DNA from: Amoeboaphelidium protococcarum X5
Taxonomy: Eukaryota; Fungi; Aphelidiomycota
NCBI GenBank assembly: GCA_023515725.1
Contig: JALDTO010000208.1
Coordinates: 1-64,000 of the forward strand
Length of the DNA: 64,000 bases
Direction of reading: 5' to 3'
Under the pieces are notes generated by a model. It saw only the letters and a list, made by a program, of their open reading frames with translations. It was not told the origin of the DNA and searched no databases. Below, in pieces: positions 50,699 to 64,000 of this stretch (positions within the stretch are counted from its first letter, which is position 1; the number at the start of each line of letters is the position of its first letter). Made by a program: the position numbers and the translations under genes.

Positions 50699-52346
50699 AT
50701 GGTAAGTCAAATTTTAATATAAATTATGTTAGAGCAATGCATTTAACGATTTAAAAGCAAGCGTGTAGAGTTTAGCGCCTGTGCAAGTTTTTGCTGATGG
50801 AGCCGGTGAGGAGAAGGCTGAGAATGCGCGTCTAGCCATGTTTGTGGGCGCCATTGCAGTTGGTGATTTGGTGAAGAGCACGCTCGGTCCTAAGGGTATG
50901 GACAAGATTATTTAATCTAGCAAGGGAGAGATTATGGTCACCAATGATGGTGCAACAATCTTGAAGTCTATTTATCTGGACAATGCTGCAGCGAAAGTAC
51001 TAGTCAACATCTCCAAAGTGCAGGACGATGAAGTGGGTGATGGTACAACCAGTGTCACTGTTTTGGCATCTGAGCTGTTGAAAGAAGCTGAAAAGTTGAT
51101 TAATCAGCGCATTCATCCTCAAGTTATTGTGGAAGGATACAGACTGGCTAGTTAGGCTGCATTTCAGGCATTGTAGAGCTCTGCTGTTGACAACTCGAAG
51201 AATCCGGACGCGTTCAGGACCGACTTGATGAACATTGCCAGAACCACGCTGAGTTCTAAAGTACTTTCTCAGGATAAGGAGTTTTTTGCTAAACTTGCTG
51301 TTGATGCAGTGCTACGCTTGAAGGGATCCACCAGCTTGGAGCATATTCAGATCATAAAGAAGGTGGGTGGAAGATTATCTGACTCGTTCCTGGATGAGGG
51401 CTTCATTCTGAATAAGAAGATATCCACCAACTCTCCAAAGATGATCAAGAATGCCAAGATCCTGGTGGCCAACACCCCTATGGACACTGACAAGATCAAG
51501 ATCTTTGGTGCTCGTGTCAAGGTGGATTCCACTGCCAAGCTGGCAGATTTGGAGCGTGCTGAACGTGACAAGATGAAGGAGAAGGTGGAGAGAATCAAGA
51601 AGCATGGTATCAATTGTTTTGTCAACAGACAGTTGATTTATAATTATCCTGAGCAGTTATTAGCAGATGCTGGTATAATGGCTATTGAGCACGCCGATTT
51701 CGATGGAGTCGAGAGATTGGCTCTCGTGAGCGGTGGTGAGATTACATCTACATTTGATCATCCGGAGCTGGTCAAGCTGGGAGAATGTGCTCTCATTGAA
51801 GAAGTTATGGTTGGTGAGGAGAAGATGATCAAGTTCTCTGGTGTCAAGGCTGGTGAGGCATGTACTGTGGTGTTGCGCGGAGCTACTAATCAGTTACTTG
51901 ATGAAGCAGAACGCTCCCTACATGATGCTCTGTGTGTCCTTTCGTAGACTGTGAAGGAAACTGCCACTGTTCTGGGTGGTGGATGTTCAGAGATGCTCAT
52001 GTCCAAGGCTGTGGATGAACTAGCTGCCAAGACACCGGGTAAGAAGGCACTGGCTGTAGAGGCCTTCTCTCGTGCACTGCGTCAATTGCCTACTATCCTG
52101 TCTGATAATGCTGGATACGATAGTAGTGATTTGGTGTCTTAGCTTCGTGCAGCTCACTATGATGGTAAGAATACGAGCGGTCTGGATTTGTACAATGCCA
52201 AGGTTGCTGATATGCGCGAGATTGGAGTGACTGAGAGCTTCAAATTAAAAAGACAGGTGTTGCTGAGTGCTAGTGAGGCTGCTGAAATGATCCTTCGCGT
52301 GGATGATATAATCCGTGCTGCTCCTCGTCAAAGAACTAGAGAGTGA
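50699..52346 (+). CDS. CCT2: Chaperonin CCT beta; intron 50702-50768 directly after ATG
   Basis: [47 protein letters not shown]. Confidence 0.98.
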
Positions 52347-52595
52347 TTATTATTATTGTTCTCAAAATTGTCACTATACTAAGTATTCATATTTTGTTTT
52401 ATATCGTTGTCTTTACCTCATAGACTTATTTTACTCCAAATGTTTGAAGCAGACGAACAAAAATGGTGGTTGGAGGTGGCGCTCTTCGCTCCAATAGTGG
52501 AGGAAGACTTACTAAGAGCTTATAATATAGAAGAATAATAACAAAAGACGGTATAAATATTCTAGAAATATATTTCAAATTGGTTCCTATAGGAA

Positions 52596-53855
52596 TCACT
52601 TCACATTGAGCAGCTTAACTTCAAACACCAGATCAGAGTTTGGTGGAATATCTCTGCCGGCACCCTTCTTACCGTAAGCCAACTTGGATGGAATCTCCAG
52701 CTTTCTCTGGCCACCAACCTTCATGCCCACAATACCTTGATCCCATCCTTGGATCACCTCACCGCGACCGAGTACAAAGGAGAACGGCTTGCCAGAAGTG
52801 TTGGCGTCAAACTGCTTACCAGCCTTGGTAGGATGATTAGGCGCAAACTTTCCGATATAACGCATCTGAACGCGCTTGCCAGCCTTTGCCACCTCACCAT
52901 TACCAACCTTCTGATCGACTACAACGAGGCCACCTGAGAGAGTCTAACGCTGCGGCTGCTACTGCTTCTATTCAGACTTTTACTTCTTTGCCTCTTGAGG
53001 AGATGATGCAGCAGAGGACTGAGCAGGGGATGCAGCTTCCTCATTCTGGCGCTTCTTGTTCTACTATTTAGCAGCAGCAGGTGCCTCTTTCTTTGCCTCT
53101 GGCTACTTTTTCTCTACAGCAGGTGCAGGAGAAGATTTAGCTGAATCTGCCTTGACAGATTTCTTATCAGCAGCTGCAGCAGCAGGCTTCTTAGACTCAA
53201 CCTTTACTACCTTCTCTTTAGCTGCCTTAGGCTCTTCCTTCACTTCAACAATCTTTGGCTTGACGATACCACTCTCAAGCTCATCTTCAGACTCGCTCAT
53301 ATCGTCCAGATCGCTACCTTCCAGCAGTTCATCATCATCCTCGGACAAATCAGATCCATTACGGACCATGGACATGTACTTTTCAATATCTTCATCGTCA
53401 ACGACATCGGAATCAATCTCCTCATCAGAGATATCCTCATCACCGTACAACTCTGCATCTTCGTCATACTCCTCTTGATCGCCATCCTCTTCATCATCGG
53501 AATACTGATCCTCTTCAGGAATATAATTACCAGACAAGCACAGAGTGTATCCACCAGCAGGAACCATGAATGTCACGTCTTCGCCAGATCCAAACGCCAA
53601 CTCCAGCGATACTTGATCCTTCTACTCGGTCAGATTACACACGGTCATGAACTCGGAAGTGTGTTCAGTATCATTCTCCAGATCCTCAAAAGACGGCGAG
53701 GTCTTCACCTTCAACACGGTGCGGACATTCTTACCAGCAGGCTTAGTCTTGGACGCGTCAAAATCAATGCACACATTAGTGAGGCGGAAAGTGTGCTCCA
53801 CAGTCTGTGAGTACTCTTTACCAGGCTCAACTCTCAAACTCCAAAACAGAGACAT
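52596..53855 (-). CDS. Nucleoplasmin-like FKBP PPIase (Fpr3/Fpr4/FKBP39 type)
   Basis: [12 protein letters not shown] domain, LSGNY, acidic and basic tracts, [18 protein letters not shown]...LAYG. Confidence 0.94.
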
Positions 53856-54222
53856 TTTATTACTTGTATGATATTACTTAAAATTAGTGCTACTTACTGT
53901 AAATAGTATATCAGAAAAAGAGATTGTGAAAAATGTGGCGAAAAGTGTTAAAATCGCCCCTTGTACTTTTGATCTCTTTTCACTCTCACTCTCTTTCGCG
54001 CCTTCGTCGTCTCTGGTAAGTCTGCTCAAATTAGCTTACGCGCTAATCCACACGACTCGACACGACAGGGACAAAGATCGGGAAAACACACATTTTCTCT
54101 AACCGAAGCCTTAGCGAAATCTTTTCGTACCGTGTTACGTCCGAGTCAAGTTTATTAGTCCCTCAAATTTCATTCATTAGTATTAGAGACGTTAACGTTG
54201 AAATAATATATATAAATTCAAA

Positions 54223-54449
<227 letters not shown>

Positions 54450-54874
54450 TTGTTGAAAATATTATACTATAATAATAAATTTGAGCGAATATATACTTGG
54501 TGTTTATTTGCATATAATGGATGTTTTTATCTTCGAGTAGTATCTAATATGGAAAGTTGAATTACGTCAGTCTTGATTAATCGTGTCATACGACTATATT
54601 TTACGCCCATTGGACATTCAATTCGTTCCAGAGTTCAATTAACGTGCTTCTACATCATTTGCTCTGCTTTGATCAAGTGGTCCACCTATCTCTCATTCGC
54701 TTTAATAATCTTGCCTTTCTCGCGTAAATCGCCTCGTTTTCGTTCTTTCGCCTGCTGCAGCTGAGCTCTGTTCTTTGCCAAGATTGTCTCACACTTTTAA
54801 TCTTGACATCATTTGATCACATTAAGCAAACTATTATATTCTTCTTTTTTACATAATCACTATATATATAGAGT

Positions 54875-56230
54875 ATGGACACTGCGGTTGAAGTAAAAGA
54901 AGTTTAAGGAGATGCGGATGTCATTGTAGTAACTGCTATACAATAAGAATAGTTATAGAATGCTCAATCGGTACCAATGGAAACATCAGTTAAAACCTCA
55001 GACTCTGAACAACTTCAAGTTGTCACTAGTCCTAATACAGTTGAACCTGAAGTGATTGTTGAGTAGCCGAGACTGGAAGACATCCCACCTGAAGAGGTTG
55101 ACGCATTTGGGTTCTACATCAGTAAATCATAGTCGTAGTCGTAGCAGCGGAAAAGCTCCGAAGCACTGTAAAATTCTCTTCAGGCCTCGGTGTGGACTCT
55201 AACTACCAGGCGGGTGCGATCAATAGAAGATTACGTTAAATTGGAACTTAAATGGGTTGATGTTATTGCTAATTTCGATTTCTATAGAGAGAGTTAGCAG
55301 CGAAGGAATCAGGTGAAAGCATTATGTAGAATGGGAATCCCTGTTAGTGTCCGCGGTAGAGTGTGGTAGCTTTTACTCAATACTGATACAGTGAAAGAGT
55401 TTTAGACATAGAAATGGAGAGCCACAGATCCATCATTCACTTAATCTGATAATAATTTGTACCAACATTTAATCTAACTGTGCGATCATCCCTCAGATAC
55501 TCAATCGTAGTTGTTTGAAGTAATCATGCGCGACATTAGGCGGTCATATCCGGACCACTATCTCTTCACATCCTCTAGTTCTAATGCCACCACTCCGACT
55601 TTGAATGATTTAACACTGATTTTGAAAGCTTACTCTATCCTAAACCAGAAAGTTGGCTATTGCCAAGGTATGGGCCGTGTAGTTGGCATGTTTTTGATGC
55701 AGATGCCTGCTGAAGATGCATTCTGGTGTCTGGTGGCTCTTATAGATTAAGGTGTGTGCAGAGATTATTATAACACTGATCTGAAGCGAATCAAAGTCCA
55801 TGCACAGGTGTATGATAAGCTACTCTGGCAGAACTTACCTAAATTATACAAGCACCTGTAGCGAAATGATGTCGATCCATTGATCTATTGCACCAACTGG
55901 TTTATGACTCTATTTACTATGGCTCTACCATGGCAAGTGGTTCTACGCATCTGGGATATATTGTTGAATGAAGGTACTAAGGTGATTTTTAGAACTAGTC
56001 TAGCAATCATGGATACCTGTCAGTCACATCTCCTCCGAAAGTGCCCATCCTCTCAGGAGCTTATTCCTTTTGTTCTACATCTCCCGCATGAAATGTTTAG
56101 TGACGCGGACGCTCTAGTCAATCGGATCTGTAATAAATATTCACGAATAGGTTGGGAAATCTGCTCTAGGCTGGAACTAGAGATTTTGAGTAAAGATTGG
56201 TAATCGTCGCCACCTACTGAAAGGAAATGA
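54875..56230 (+). CDS. Rab-GAP TBC-domain protein
   Basis: DAFGF, GIPVSVRGRVW, IMRDIRRS, GYCQGM, WFMTLF, LRIWD. Confidence 0.93.
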
Positions 56231-56313
56231 TTGAATGAATGATAGAGAAGTGAGATTGATCACATTATTATTATTTAATGTAAAACATATAGACTACATC
56301 ATCATTTTCAATA

Positions 56314-57021
56314 TCACCATTTATCCAGCAGTTGTAATACTTCGTCTTTCCATGATTTCTCACCGTTCTGACCAGTAGCAGGCGCTTCAATAGTTTCCGA
56401 TGGATCAACTTAAATTTCCTTTTTGAGCGAATCGTTTCGTTGTGGCGTTTCTGTTTCAATTTCTTCATCGTCCTACGCCTCCTCCTCTCTCTAAATCTCT
56501 TCATTGCCATCAGACTTACACGACTAATTATCACCTTATTCTTCTTCCACCTATACGTCTTCATCTTTCGTATTGTTCTATTCAAGTTGTAATTCACATT
56601 TTGTTGTTTCTTTATCACGACTGCAAAGATCGTCATCTGATACAGGCTGAGAATGGCGAGCAGTTCTCTACCTGAGAAGGCCCAGAATTTATTCAGTCAA
56701 CTGACTAACTCTACTGATGTGACCTTCAAAATCTTTGTTTTATTACTACGGATTATCTAAAACATCTCCACTCTCAAGACTTTAATTTCTATTAGGGATT
56801 ATGACTTGATCAGACTAGGCATCCAAATTGTTGTTACCAGCAGCAGATTGTAATTTACCATGTTTCAGCTATGCAATCTCCCTCTGTAATTCTTCAATCT
56901 GACTTTGCTTTCGAGCCAGACGCTACTCCAACTATTGAACATAATGAGACATATCTTCATTTTACTGTTTATTGGTTTATTTTGAAGAACTTTGGTTCTG
57001 GTCCACTTAGGAACTTAACAT
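56314..57021 (-). CDS. Hypothetical coiled-coil/acidic protein
   Basis: 235 aa open in table 6; YVQQLEQRLARKQSQIEELQREIAQLK; ends WKDEVLQLLDKW. Confidence 0.7.
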
Positions 57022-57238
57022 TTCGTATTGGATTGAGAGTTTGTTGAGTTTTATAACTCGAGTAAAGTGCTCCTTCGAAAGGAAAATAGTTCTCGTCGCT
57101 TAACCATCAACAAGGAGTTAAGCCTGGCTGAAAGATCAAACACCTCAAAGCTATAATCTAAAGACTCTTTAAAAAATTTAATAAATATCAAAATGAACAA
57201 GTTAATCTATTTCGACGCGTCAAATGTAATACTTGATA

Positions 57239-58351
57239 TCATTTCTTAACGCCAGACTTTGGTTTAACTTCATCATCTTGAGTGGCGTGTAAAAGTATTC
57301 TATTTCGCTGCTCATTCGGTTTATAATGCTCATGACCTTTCGACCAGTCATAGGATAGTGCATAAGCAAATATAGTACCATTCCTATTGAATTGCGTACA
57401 TGCAACTGGACTCTAAAGATTAGGGAACGGCTTGATCCTCTATTTAACATCTTTATCCCAGAAGGTGATCACTCCATCAGCACCAGCAGTAGTAAATGTT
57501 CCATGTACAGGATGGAATGAAATGGCATTAACAGAGTACACATCATTCCCAGATCTATGACACTTGAATGTAAAGTTTCTCCCCACATCCTTGTCCTCGA
57601 TATACTGAATAGCAACTCTGCCTTCCACACTGCCAAGAGCATAGCCATTATTATTGTTTGTGGTGAAATTAGCAATTGACTTGGTCTAGAATTTAAGTGG
57701 ACTTGTCTATTGCTTATACACTGTATTAGGATTCCCCAGATTGTACATGAGCACATGTCGCTCAGCCGTGGCCACAGTCATCAGCTGTCCAGCAACGTCC
57801 ATACAGAACACTCGCTCTGGCATATTGAGGGAGAGAAGAGGCTGATTACCAGGCTGTCTTATATCAAAGAATTTAACAGTCTTGTCCCATGAGCCGGTGA
57901 TTAGCACATTCTACATATTGGACACGGTGGCAAATGCACAACTCTTGATCGGAGCAGTGTGTTGTGTGGCAAATGGAATACTCTATCCTGTGGCAAGATC
58001 TACCAACTTTCCACCACCACTATTCAAACCAGAAGACGCCTATGCAGCGGGTTATTATAGGCCAAAGCCACCAGCAGCGCCAGTCTACGCTTACTGTGGA
58101 CTTGCTCCACCCACAAACACTTTACTTCCATCGCTAGAGAAAGCGGAACATAAAAGAGGAGCCTCGTGAGTAATTTATAACTTTGGATTAGTCTATCCAC
58201 TTGGAGATATTTCCCAGAATCTAGCAGTGTTATCCCATGAAGTGGCACACATATACTCTGTCACTGGACTGAACGAAATGGACGATATGCCATCACCAGG
58301 TGGACTCACAACTTCAATGTCATTCTAAGTATTCACAGAAGTTACATTCAT
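57239..58351 (-). CDS. RAE1: mRNA export factor Rae1/Gle2 (WD40)
   Basis: [60 protein letters not shown]. Confidence 0.95.
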
Positions 58352-58723
58352 TCCTCAGATTTTCTAAATTTTATAAAATAAGTGCTTTATTTAGACAGTT
58401 CAAAGCTTTAAATATAAAGAACAAATAATAAAAACTTCCAATTAAGTACAATAACCAGATTGAATGAAATACTGTACTGAAGATATAGACCGTTCTGAAG
58501 AAAGAGAAAGAAGGGACCAGCCAGTTCAGTGCAGAGAGCAGAAGAAGAAGGACGCGCGCATCGCCTCAACGCAGATAGAGAAAAGTGAATAGCACAGACT
58601 GCATAAAGATGCTCTTTAGGCCTTTTTCACAATTTGCAGAAATTTATAATAGTGCTACTTTACCGGGTATTGTTTGTTAATAGCCCTATTCTTTATTAAC
58701 TTTTAAATTTTAAACAATTAGAA

Positions 58724-60133
58724 ATGGAGTGCTTGATACAATTTGCGGATTTCCATCACACTTTATGGCTGGCAGAATTGCAGGGAGTGATTGCGATATT
58801 TGATAAAGACCGAGAATTTGATGATTATAAGGTGAGATAGACGCGTCCTGAGAGCCCGATATTCTATGCGCGGTTTCCCTCTGCTGATATTGCTCGCCAG
58901 GTTGCTGGAAGATGTGTGCTGATTAAGAATATGTTCTAATACGTGGCTGAAGCAGATACTCTGGAAGAGCTGATTAAAGAGGGATCTGAGTCGCGGTAAA
59001 AGATTATTACTTATGCATAGCATGAAATTAATGATAAAATGCCATAAAATTTTGGCTGGAAGTTTAATATTTATACAATGAACAAGAACCTTTCGCTGGC
59101 TGATAAAATTGAAATCATGAACAAATTTTACTTTACTGATATTGGCGGATCAGTTAACACTGTCAATCCTGATGTTGTACTGGCAGTGATTGGAGACTAT
59201 TGTAGAGGGGATGGTGATGCCAAGTAGATTCAGCGTGCTTACTTCGCCAGACATTTGTGTGAAGGTGTGCGACATTTGGCTAATCAGTTCTCTCTCAAGT
59301 AGCGGCGATATATTGCCACTACAAGTATGGACGCTGAGCTGTCACTTATCATGGCTAATATTGGAAAATGTCGACCTGGATCTTTGGTGTATGATCCATT
59401 CTGTGGCACTGGATCAGTTTTGGTATGTTGCGCGTAGATGGGATCGTTTGCAATGGGCAGCGATCTAGATATGGAAGTACTTATTGGTTGGACCAAGTGG
59501 ATGCGATAGAAGCGACCCAAAATTATTGCAGAGTGGTAGTAGCAGTATGAACAGAGTACTGCCTCCATTAGTAATGGCGGTATTTATGATGTTTTCGCGT
59601 AGTATGGTCTGAGTCATAAACTTATTGGACTATTCACTAATGACATGATGAAGCCCACTGTGCAGCAGTCTGAGATTTTTGATTAGATTGTCACTGATCC
59701 TCCGTACGGAATTCGAGAAGGCGCCAAGACTTTTAATCAGTCGAATAGTCTGTAATCAGATCAATGCAGTGATCTATCAAGTTTAGCTTCTTATAAGCAT
59801 TTGCGCCTCAAGAAGGAAGATCTATCGCAGTACAGTATGGAACAATTATACGTGGATTTGACATAGTTTGCGGCCGTCACGTTAAAAGTTGGAGGGCGAC
59901 TAGTCTATTGGTTGCCTACGACGGACGACTTCACTACTGATGATATTCCGGTGCATGAGTGTATGCGACTGCTACATGGTGGATAAACGCTACAAAAGTT
60001 TGGGAAATGGTAACGGTAATTAATCATTTTGGAGAAGGTTGCTCCGTGTACAGACCCACAACGGATTATAGTTGGCTCTTAATAACCATCACACGCCACT
60101 TTCCGAGAGTAATATTTCAAAGGATTCAAATGA
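58724..60133 (+). CDS. TRM11: tRNA (guanine-10-N2)-methyltransferase
   Basis: FSLKQRRYIATTSMDAELS, YDPFCGTGS, IVTDPPYGIREG, LKVGGRLVYWLP. Confidence 0.93.
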
Positions 60134-60234
60134 AATGTTCTGAGATATAATATTGATGGATCATTTAGCATCTCTTTGACTTTAAAGAAATTATATTCTT
60201 ATCAACAAAAACCAGTATCATGTAGACTTTGCAA

Positions 60235-61047
60235 TCATTATCTCGCGCCGAATATAGTGGATCCTACGCGGACCTGATTACTTTGCATTTCAATAGCATG
60301 CTCATAGTCAGAAGACATGCCCATACTGAGTTGTAGTTATATAGGTTGACGCAGATTAGGGACATTTTCTTGCATTTACAGAGCCTATTGTAGATCCTAC
60401 TTACACTTTAATAAACACTCAAAGTCAGGATTAAGAGTTCCATCAGCAAGCGAATGTTCTCGTGAGCCAATTGTCATCAGGCCTCTTAAAGTCAACTGTG
60501 GACACTCTTTCATGATATGCGTGGCGACATCGAGTAATTGAGATGGCTCCACACCTCCTTTACTTTCTTCGCCACTAGTATTCACTTGTATAAATACTTG
60601 CAATGGTTCACGCTGTACCTCGCCACTATCACGTTCCTTGGCCATAGCTTTACTGAGGGCATCAGCAATTTTGATCGAGTCAACGCTTTCAACTGCGAAC
60701 AGGTTCGGAATCTTGCACAACATTTTGGCCTTGTTCGACTGTAATGAGCCTATGAAATGCCATCTTATATCCTTCGGGCACTACAATACTCATAAAACTC
60801 TGGAAATTTAACGTCAAAACGCGTTGAATATAAAACTACTTACCTCTTACGCCTTCTCAATCAGCTCCTAAACGTAGTTCTCTCCAAAATCACGGTGGCC
60901 TGCGTGGTACAGTTGTAGAATATCGGACATGGGCTTTCTCTTACTCACAGCTACAAGTTGAACATCTGCCACATTTCTATTACTTTTCTAGCAAGCCGCC
61001 GCTATTCTGTCCTTAACTGAATTGTAGTTCGCCACCAAGTCTACCAT
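60235..61047 (-). CDS. PLPBP: PLP homeostasis protein (YggS/PLPBP); intron 60781-60843
   Basis: [60 protein letters not shown]. Confidence 0.95.
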
Positions 61048-61422
61048 TGCTAATCTTAAATTGTTCCGTTTTTGGCGATGTGCGTTTCAAGATGGAAATT
61101 CGAAAAGATAATCGTTCCCTTATAAATAAAGTTTATCACCGATGATGTTATATAAAAGATAAAAGTATGATAACCACAGCTAACTCAAAGCTCGCATACT
61201 TCTTTATTTATAAATTACTTGTAGAGCGTTCAAGATTAATATCCTTTATTAGCCCAATACATGTTTTAACCGATCCCCTGAGCACACAACTGATCTCGCG
61301 AAATACCACCGGCGGAGATTTCATTTGCAGTTTGAAAATTCTTTATTTACCATCATTTTTGTGCTCAATTATTGTCATCACCTTAATTTGTATTAGGGAG
61401 AGGACTAATAGCTTTTTGAATT

Positions 61423-63129
<1,707 letters not shown>

Positions 63130-63224
63130 GTATGTTATGACTGTCTTTGTACCTGTGAAAGTATATATGTTATGATCAAAATTTAATATAAATCTGTTAA
63201 AAGTAGTATAATCAATTCTATTGA

Positions 63225-64000
63225 TCATAGTTCATCATCGTTATCATCACCAAATCCAAATCTTGGCTCTTCATCATATTCAGCTCTAATCTTAGCGATT
63301 CTCTCTTCCATGCAGAATTGCTACTTCAAAATGTCAGTAACATTAAAAAACGAGGAGCGTTACTGCTGTAGCTGCTTACGGGGATCCTGAAGTAATTGCT
63401 GCTGATGCATCTGAGCAATCTTGGTCAACATATGCTTCAACTTTTCCAATTCTCTATCACTATCGTCATCGAACCAGCTCTTGATGGGCACACCGTTATT
63501 CACCTGGAATGTGAAAGCCTCTATTGCATTATCCACTATGATAACCTTGCTCAAATCACGTCCTAGAATACGCAAGTCTTTAATAAAAGTCCCATCAATG
63601 TGCACACAACTATTTCTAAACAGTCTAAACTTGGTCCATTTCTTATTCTTATCCAGCAAATTCAAGATCTTATCAGCATAAATCTACTACGATGCTGTGA
63701 AAATGACAACTTCATACAGTTCTGACACATGATCGAGAAAATCCAATACAAACGGCCTCCTACATTAAATAATATGTACCATCATAAACACCCGAATGTG
63801 AACAAGAAATCTTACTATTTGGCGTAGACATCAAAGGTCCTGTTTTAAAAGTCTACCGTGAAATGGTGATCAAAAGACTAAAACTTTGATCTATCCGTGC
63901 TGCAGTGAACCAGAGTCTCATCCAAATCTAGAACTAGAGTCAATTTATCTTCTTATAATGGTGGTAGAGCATGTTATATGAACGGCAAATGATCGCTAGA
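63225..64000 (-). CDS. FCP/SCP (CTDSPL2-like) phosphatase, 5' part outside window; intron 63760-63815
   Basis: TLVLDLDETLVHC, YEVVIFTAS, RLFRNSC, KDLRILGRDL, IVDN, DDSDRELEKL. Confidence 0.92.

Overview
Gene-dense eukaryotic (fungal-like opisthokont) nuclear DNA that uses a non-standard code: TAA/TAG = Gln and TGA is the only stop (translation table 6). The supplied standard-code ORF track therefore shreds nearly every gene. Code plus gene content suggest an aphelid such as Amoeboaphelidium (inference). Re-reading gives about 30 host genes (Snu114, Erg8, Sds22, PAH, Pbs2, CCT2, Rae1, Trm11, Gcn5 and others) and one tRNA-Met. Mobile elements are a young Ty3/gypsy LTR retrotransposon (2316-7387), a Helitron-like RepHel element with non-canonical ends (34750-43431) and a 1.2-kb deletion derivative of it (17834-18996). 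An accessory block (29-45 kb) is bracketed by an inverted pair of secreted lectin-like/KDY-repeat genes. Most interesting signals: (1) all 14 inferred introns end in GTAG, in several cases bypassing nearer YAGs; (2) the retrotransposon combines Tf1-type self-priming, a single in-frame UGA between gag and pol, and an apparently non-chromoviral integrase; (3) a secreted protein ends in a CaaX prenylation box; (4) reciprocal TAA/CAA and CAG/TAG swaps between paralogues support the code internally. All translations and counts were done by hand, so boundaries may be off by a few bases.
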